Shown: positions 23,258-31,045 of the stretch, in pieces
Position numbering within the stretch: position 1 is the stretch's first letter
Layout of the letters: each line of letters opens with the position of its first letter
Origin: Octopus sinensis
Taxonomy: Eukaryota
Assembly (NCBI RefSeq): GCF_006345805.1
Contig: NW_021832345.1
Span: 1-31,045 of the forward strand
Direction: 5' to 3'
DNA: 31,045 nt
Made by a program: the position numbers and the translations under genes
Notes under the pieces: model-generated
What the model was told of the DNA's origin: nothing
The model's database searches: none
The model's input: the letters and a program-made list of their open reading frames with translations, nothing else

Positions 23258-23392
23258 ATTCAGCTGAGTAGTCTGGAGTAACATGAGATGAAGTTCTTCT
23301 CCCAAGGACGCAGTGCACTGACTGGTCCAGGAACTGAACAGATGACCATATAATTGTAATATTAACACCACAATCACTTGACCACGCGCCTT
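23258..23392 (-). mobile_element. Old family C SINE
   Basis: cagctgagtagtctggagtaacatgagatgaagt...ggtccaggaactgaac...accacgcgcctt aligns by eye to 950-1082. Confidence 0.65.
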
Positions 23393-23497
23393 ATACACAC
23401 ACAACACACACACACACACACACACACTCACACACACACATATATATATACATACAGAGCTATGTATGTTTGTACACATAGACCTCTGCCTATATGA

Positions 23498-23678
23498 CCT
23501 CCCACCATCGCTTGACAACTGATGTTGGTGTGTTTACATCCCTTATAACTTAGCGGATCGGCAAAGAAGATCGATAGAAAAAGTACTAGAAAGAATAAGT
23601 CCTGGAAGTAATTTGTTCGACCAAAGGCTGTGCTCCAGCATGGCCGCAGTCAAAATGACAGAAACAAGTAAAAGAATA
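23498..23678 (+). mobile_element. Family B SINE, 3' half
   Basis: catcgcttgacaactgatgttggtgtgtttac...tgctccagcatggccgcagtcaaaatgacagaaacaagtaaaaga. Confidence 0.88.
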
Positions 23679-23867
23679 AAATAATTAATATATATATATA
23701 TATATACACACACTCTGTGTGTGTATAAATGTAAGCAAAGAGCACGGAAAGGAGCGTCAACTAATCGATCGTCGGACGATTATCATCCAAAGATGAACAA
23801 TGAAAAGATTGGCTTAGCATTTTATGAAGTTTCACTTTTCCAAAACGTATGTGTGCATATCTATGTG

Positions 23868-23932
<65 letters not shown>

Positions 23933-24217
23933 TACATCTGTACTTACATACACAAAAAGAAAGATAGACAGATATACAGATCTGTTCCTTCCTTCGACTT
24001 CGTTCCCTGAAAAGCTTTTGCAAAAATGGATCTGTTGTAATGACAATATTTTAGAAATATGCTTCGATGATGTAGAACAGAATTACGTTGAACAAAAATA
24101 ATGGAAAGACTTCCTCCCTACAAACGGAAGTCTTGTCAAAATAATTTAGAGGAGTAATACGCCTTGTTTTTCTCTTTGGAGTTTTAAGGAAAAGAAAATG
24201 TCCAAGAATACCATATA

Positions 24218-24408
24218 TATTTCTTTACTACCCACAAGGGGCTAAACACAGAGGGGACAAACAAGGACAGACAAACGGATTAAGTCGATTACATCGATCC
24301 CAGTGCGAAACTGGTACTTAATTTATCGACCCCGAAAAGATGAAGGGCAAAGTCGACCTCGTTGGAATTTGAACTCAGACAGTAACGGCAGACGAAATAG
24401 CGGTAAGC
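24218..24408 (-). mobile_element. Family A SINE whose head is truncated by the adjacent family B copy
   Basis: Tail atttctttactacccacaagggg, core and B box; ends at gaaatagcggtaagc where the plus-strand family B head begins. Confidence 0.9.
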
Positions 24409-25020
24409 ATGGCTGTGAGGTAGGAAGCTTGCTTCCCAACCACATGGTACCAGGTTCCGTCCCACCACTGCGGGTCATTTTGGGCAAGTGTCTTCTACTA
24501 TAGCCGCGGATCGACCAAAGCTTGTGAGTGGATTTGGTAGACGGAAACTGAAAGAAGTCTGACGTGTGTGTGTGTGTGTGTATACACACACACACACTAG
24601 CGTAACTAGAGTGTATGCTGCCCGGGGTGGCCCTTCCAATTGCCGCCCCGGACCCTACAAAAAACACATTGGTTACAGCAGACCCGAAAGTGCCGGCAGG
24701 GACGGACCGCCCCTACACCTCCCCTCCTCCAGCTCCGCTAATGCATACATATCTATACCGAAAGAATGCTTCTATATCTACATGTGTGTGGTCTTTGTGT
24801 CTGTGTTTGTCACCCCCACCCTACCAACGCTATAGTAGCAGTGTTGGTGTGTTTACGTCCGCGTAACATAGCGGTTCCGCCAAAGAGTCCGATAGAGTAA
24901 GTACTAGGCTTAAAAAAAACAAGAAAAATTCACAGAATCGATTTGTTCGACTCAAAAGACCCTTCAATGCGGTGTTCCAGCATGGCCGCAGTCAAATGAC
25001 CGAAAGAAGCAAAAGTATAA
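24408..25020 (+). mobile_element. Family B SINE carrying a nested MITE in its internal microsatellite
   Basis: 5' half at 24408-24565 and 3' half at about 24790-25020; the insert lies at 24595-24743. Confidence 0.85.
24595..24743. mobile_element. GC-rich 149-bp MITE, hAT-like
   Basis: Imperfect TIRs: cactagcgtaactaga vs the reverse complement of 24728-24743, cattagcggagctgga (12/16). The 8-bp flanks cacacaca / catacata (6/8) are a candidate TSD. Confidence 0.6.
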
Positions 25021-25314
25021 AAGATAGAAGAGATATCTTCATAACTGGGGAGAAAAAAAAAGTTTGAATTGACAGTTGGCACATAAATACACACACGCAC
25101 GCACGCACTCACGCACACACACACACATTTCATTTAATGAATTCCTGAAGAGAAAAGGGTGGCAAGTTCCTCAAAAATTATTTTATTTGGAAATGATTGG
25201 GATCTACATCATCAAAACGTATGAGGAAACAAAGTCGAGATGTGTGAGAAATCGGAAAATCCTCCCCCACCCACGCCGTGAATAAAAATCTTCACAACAA
25301 ATTCCGATATTATA

Positions 25315-25737
25315 GGCGCAGGCGTGGTTGCGTGGTACGAAGCAAGCTTGCTTCCAAACCACATGGTTCCGGGTTCAGTCCCACTGCGTGGCACCTTGGC
25401 CAAATGTCTCCTACTATTGTCTCGAGCACAACAACGCTTTGTGAGAGGATTTGGTAGACAGAAACTGAAAGAAGCTATCATATATATACACACACACATA
25501 CACGTATGTATGTATATGTGTAGGTGTGTCTTAATGTCTGTGTTTGTTCCGTACTACCACCCGACAACCGGTGTTCGTGTGTTTACGTCTTCGTAAACTA
25601 GCGGTTTAGCAAATCATATCGATAAAATAGGTACCAGGCCTAAAGAAAAATATGTACTGGGGCCTATTCATTCGACAAAAATTCCTCAAGATGTTGCCCC
25701 AGCATGGTCGCAGTTTAATGAGTGAAATGACAAAAAA
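25315..25737 (+). mobile_element. Family B SINE, full length, diverged
   Basis: accacatggttccgggttcagtcccactgcgtggcaccttgg head, internal microsatellite, and a 3' half to ccagcatggtcgcagtt. Confidence 0.88.
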
Positions 25738-26239
25738 GGTACAAGATAACCGTAAGCCACACCAATCGAAATGCAGTTGTAGTAAATTTCGTTAGCAAAA
25801 ATAAATCCATCTTCGGAAAGTTAAGAGGTAACCAAGGCAGCTGGAAGCGGGGCACGATTGTGTAGTTATGCCGGTGGATAGAAGGATAGATATATAAAAG
25901 ATAGAGCTATTTTAGAAATGTACAGATACATAGACACACATATATGTAAATGTCAATGTGTACATGTAATATATTTGTTTAAACATCCGTATATAAACAC
26001 GCAAAGACATCCCGGCGGCAGTACGAGCATGTATGTGTGTGTATTGCACACACAGATGCACAGTCACATACATAAATAAGGGCATACATATGTACGCAAA
26101 TAACTGACAGGCATATTATGTATGTACATTGTTTTGAATTTGTACTGCCGGCTCAACGGATGCAACGGCGGGTTTGCCTAAAGATGAAGAAACAGGTAGA
26201 GTAAACAGATGAATGTAGAGATAGCTATGGTAGACACAA

Positions 26240-26253
26240 AGGTAGATAGACAT

Positions 26254-26331
<78 letters not shown>

Positions 26332-26417
26332 TTGACAGATAGATATTTAGATAACCAGCTAGGTAGCTAGATAGATAGATAGCTTGATAGATAAATACAT
26401 AGACAGATAGATGGATG

Positions 26418-26495
<78 letters not shown>

Positions 26496-26561
26496 TAGAC
26501 AGACAGACAGACAGACAAACAGAGAGATAGATAGATAGATAGATAGATAGATGGATAGATG

Positions 26562-26603
<42 letters not shown>

Positions 26604-26672
26604 CAGACAGACGGATAGATGGATAGATAGACAGACAGATAGATGGATGGATAGATAGATAGACAGATAGAC

Positions 26673-26703
<31 letters not shown>

Positions 26704-26980
26704 TAGATAGATAGACAAACAGACATAAAGAGAAATAGATTGATAGGCAGATGTACAGAGAGAAAACAAGGTATCACTGCAAAAGTGATAAATATGCAGA
26801 AATATAGATACGCAGACAAATAAATACACAGAGAGACAGGTAGATAGAGAGCAAAGACAGGTGGGTAGATAGATAGATAGATAGATAGGAAAATAGATAC
26901 AGAGGTAGTCTGATAAACAGATACAGAGAGAGAGAGAGTGAGAGAGTGAGAGAGAGAGAGAGTGAGAGAGAGAGAGAGAA
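26240..26980. repeat. (GATA)n/(GACA)n/(GA)n compound tract
   Basis: Directly visible. Confidence 0.95.
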
Positions 26981-27023
26981 GAAGCAATAACATTAAGAGG
27001 GAAAGACAGTGATAGCTATCTCA

Positions 27024-27075
<52 letters not shown>

Positions 27076-27137
27076 GGTAAAAAATGAAGTTCGAAAATGC
27101 TGCTGTATTATACAATTTTTAATTTTTATATATACAT

Positions 27138-27168
<31 letters not shown>

Positions 27169-28264
27169 CGTTACGTATATGTGTATATATATTTATGCAG
27201 TAGTAGTAGTAGTAGTAGTAGTCGTAAATACAAAAAAATGTAAATAGAAAATAAGAAATGTTTACTTACTGTCAAGGTACAGCATAAGATATCCACTAGA
27301 GGCATTTTATCCATAGTTTGAGAATGTACGAGTGTATATAAATATTTATATATATATATACATATATATATATGTGTGTGTGTGTGCGTATGTGAGGTTA
27401 TGAATGTATATATATATATATGTATATATATATGTATATGTATATATATATGTATATGTATATAGAGAGTTTGCTGTAATAAATATACAGATGTATATAT
27501 TTATTTATAAGTTATATTTTTACAAGTGTGCGTGAATACGAATTTATATGAAGCTGTATATTTAATATAAACAGATATAGACAATTTCAGAAATCTATTT
27601 ATATGTATATACATATATATGTGCATATATATATAGAGTTAGAATGAAGTGTATATATATATATGAGACAGGAGGAGCGATAGCACTCAATACACGCGGT
27701 GGTTTATAAATGTACGCTAATTTTTATGCACGATCATCTTTATATACATGTATATATGTGTAAGTGGGTGGCGTTTTGAGTCTAACATAAATATATCTAT
27801 CTATCTATCTATAGATATATTAATATATTTGCATGTAAATATACGTTCGCGAATTTATATGCGAGTGTGTGTATATATATATGTATATATATATTTAAAG
27901 TTGTTCTTAGGATATATCTATGTATTTACATCGGTGTGTAAGACAGAGATTGTGTAGTTGTGATAATTGAGTGAGAAACTTTCGCAGCTCTCGCATTAGA
28001 GTCCTACCACTCTATGACCAGCACAGGTAGGCAACCGGCTTTTTTTACTGCCGACGTCGCCTCCCGCCGCCTCTCTTACCACCTTACCTCTAACTACCAC
28101 CCCTCTGCGCTTCGCTCCCACTACATTATTTTTCTACTTTCTTTCCTTTCCGTTTTTCTTTTTCTTTTTTTTTTTTTTCTTTTTTTTATCTTTCGTTTTG
28201 TTTTCTTTCTGGTTGTATTTGCGTGTGAGTGTATGTGTGTGTGAGTGTGTGTGTAAAATGTTTC

Positions 28265-28500
<236 letters not shown>

Positions 28501-28965
28501 TTGAATACCAGTTTTACATATATATTAATAAATATTTTAATATATATATGTATGTGTCTGTGTCTGTATATATATATATATATATCAGAGAGAGAGTGAG
28601 AGAGAGAAAGAGAGAAACAGATAGGAACACAGACAGATAGACGGAGAGATAGATAGACAAATAGATTGACAGACAGAGACAGACAGGTTGAGAGAAGGAG
28701 AGGCAAGCAGATAGGTAGACAAATATACAGAGTAAAATAGATAAGAGAAAGATAGAAAGGTAAGTAGGTGAAGAAGGAGAGAGAGGGGAGGAAGAAAGAA
28801 AGAAAAGAGAGAGAGAGTGTGCCTGAAGGGGATGTAAACAAACACAGACACACATAAAAATATTTGCACACACGCATACATACATGCATACATACATACA
28901 GGCGAACTCACAATAAAACAGAGCAACAGACACGTGTGTGATCAGACAGATACATACACACGTGG

Positions 28966-29197
28966 AAGGCGGCGAGCTGGCAGAAACGTTAGCACGCCGG
29001 GCGGAATGCGTAGCGCTATTTCGTCTGCCGTTACGTTCTGAGTTCAAATTCCGCCGAGGTCGACTTTGCTTTTCATCCTTTCGGGGTCGATAAATTAAGT
29101 ACCAGTTGTGCACTGGGATCGATGTAATCGACTTAATCCCTTTGTCTGTCCTTGTTTGTCCCTTCTGTGTTTAGCCCCTTGTAGGTAGTAAAGAAAT
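28966..29197 (+). mobile_element. Family A SINE, full length, with a perfect 18-bp TSD
   Basis: Head aaggcggcgagctggcagaa, B box gttcaaattcc (29042-29052), Meta-like core tttcatcctttcggggtcgataaattaagtaccag. The TSD agatacatacacacgtgg is at 28948-28965 and 29198-29215. Confidence 0.95.
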
Positions 29198-29597
29198 AGA
29201 TACATACACACGTGGCAGAGAGACACATTCATGCATGCATGCAGAAATATACACACACACACGCACACACACACACACATACACACACATACACACACAA
29301 CACACACACACACACACACACAAACATGCATAGGCACATACATACACGATGGGACAACAGATTGACACACGCATACAGTTACACACACAAACATATGCAG
29401 ACAGACAAACTCATTAAGGAAAGGCAGTAGGCGAGCCCACTCGTATAATTGCACACACATGCACACACACACACACAAACACACAAACACACACACTCAT
29501 ATACACACATAGACCCACCCACTCACACACACATAAACGCATAGTGGCAGATAGAACCACACAACTATATTTACCAACATACGCACATAATTACACT

Positions 29598-29657
29598 GTC
29601 ATCTATCTATCTATCTACCCTCTCTCTCTCTCTCTCTATCTATCTATCTACCCTCTC

Positions 29658-29696
<39 letters not shown>

Positions 29697-29720
29697 GCTA
29701 TCTATCTATCATCCATCTAC

Positions 29721-29784
<64 letters not shown>

Positions 29785-29894
29785 TCTATCTATCTATCTA
29801 TCTATCTGTCTATCTGTCTATCTATCTGTCTATCTATCTATCTATCTATCTATCTACCCTCTCTCTCTCTCTCTCTATCTATCTATCTACCCCT

Positions 29895-29933
<39 letters not shown>

Positions 29934-29948
29934 CTATCTATCTATCTG

Positions 29949-29979
<31 letters not shown>

Positions 29980-30085
29980 GTCTATCTATCTGTCTATCTG
30001 TCTATCTGTCTATCTATCTATCTATCTATCTACCTACCTATCTGTCTGTCTATCTGTCTGTCTGTCTGTCTGTCTCTCTCTTTCT
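29598..30085. repeat. (TATC)n/(CT)n/(TGTC)n compound tract
   Basis: Directly visible. Confidence 0.95.
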
Positions 30086-30303
30086 CTTTCCCTCTCTTCC
30101 TCTATCAATCTATCTAGTTAGCTAACAAGCCGTCTCCGTAAATGTATGTACGTGTGTAAATGTATGTGTGTTTGGGTGCGTCTGTGCATCTCTACGTGCG
30201 TGTGTGCGTGCGTGCATGTGTGTGTGTGAGTGTGTGCGTGTATGTTAGGCCATATCTAATACTGTATAATTATAGGTGTCTGCGACAAACAATAATGTGG
30301 GAG

Positions 30304-30462
30304 TGTGTGTATATAGCTGTGTGTATACATGTATAAATATTGTTTCATGGCCGTATATACATACAGCTGTGCGTGTGCATACATCCCTGAGGGTGTGTCT
30401 ATATTTATACGTGCGTATCTATGGTGGGTGTTAGATTTATATAATATGAGTGTCTGTGTGTA

Positions 30463-30520
<58 letters not shown>

Positions 30521-30589
30521 TATATATATATATATATATGTATAATATATATGCATATATATATGGTATATATATATGATATATATATA

Positions 30590-30636
<47 letters not shown>

Positions 30637-31045
30637 TATATATGACTGTCAAGACGTGCCCTCGTATGTTTGTGGGGGTGTGACTTTCCCTTGTGTATAC
30701 GTATGTATATTGTTTGTATGTCTGTACATGTGTGTGAGTGTGTGTTATATATATATTATGTGTGTGGTGTGTGTGTGATGCGTGTTTGTGCGTATATGCG
30801 ATAAATATGTAGGTATCTAAGCATCGTATGTTGACACTGACGAGTGTGCTTCTAAGCATTTATGCATATATCCATATATATATATATATATATAATATAT
30901 ATATATCTATATATAATATATATATAATTATATATATATTAATACATATACGACATTTATAATATATTCATATATTTATATATTTGTATGTATATACGGC
31001 CATGAAACAATTTTATACATGTAACCACACAGCTATATACACACA
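30304..31045. repeat. Inverted duplication: 30304-30365 vs 30985-31045, running off the window end
   Basis: tgtttcatggccgtatatacataca vs tgtatgtatatacggccatgaaaca; about 60 bp match with few small differences across a spacer of about 620 bp. Confidence 0.85.

Overview
AT-rich, gene-poor eukaryotic DNA dominated by microsatellites ((TA)n, (CA)n, (TATC)n/(GATA)n, (AAT)n, (GTT)n) and tRNA-derived SINEs. Three SINE families recur: A (Meta-domain-like, about 16 copies or fragments), B (CORE-like with an internal microsatellite, about 11) and C (3 copies). From memory this repeat landscape resembles octopus (coleoid cephalopod) intronic or intergenic DNA; that is an inference, not a database result. 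No intact protein-coding gene is supported, and almost all listed ORFs are translations of microsatellites or SINEs. Coding-like remnants are a decayed BTB/POZ-domain-like fragment (about 1770-2150, +) and the C-terminal stub plus 3' UTR of an RLE-type LINE (4611-4968, -). The most notable structures are: (1) a ~115-bp-arm fold-back at 18472-18718, probably Penelope-derived, with a near-canonical type I hammerhead ribozyme on each strand; (2) a templated insertion at 5.9 kb that copies the unique 3' flank of a SINE located 23 kb away in the opposite orientation; (3) the BTB-like remnant bracketed by a 57-bp inverted repeat; (4) a pre-miRNA-sized hairpin at 22186-22239.
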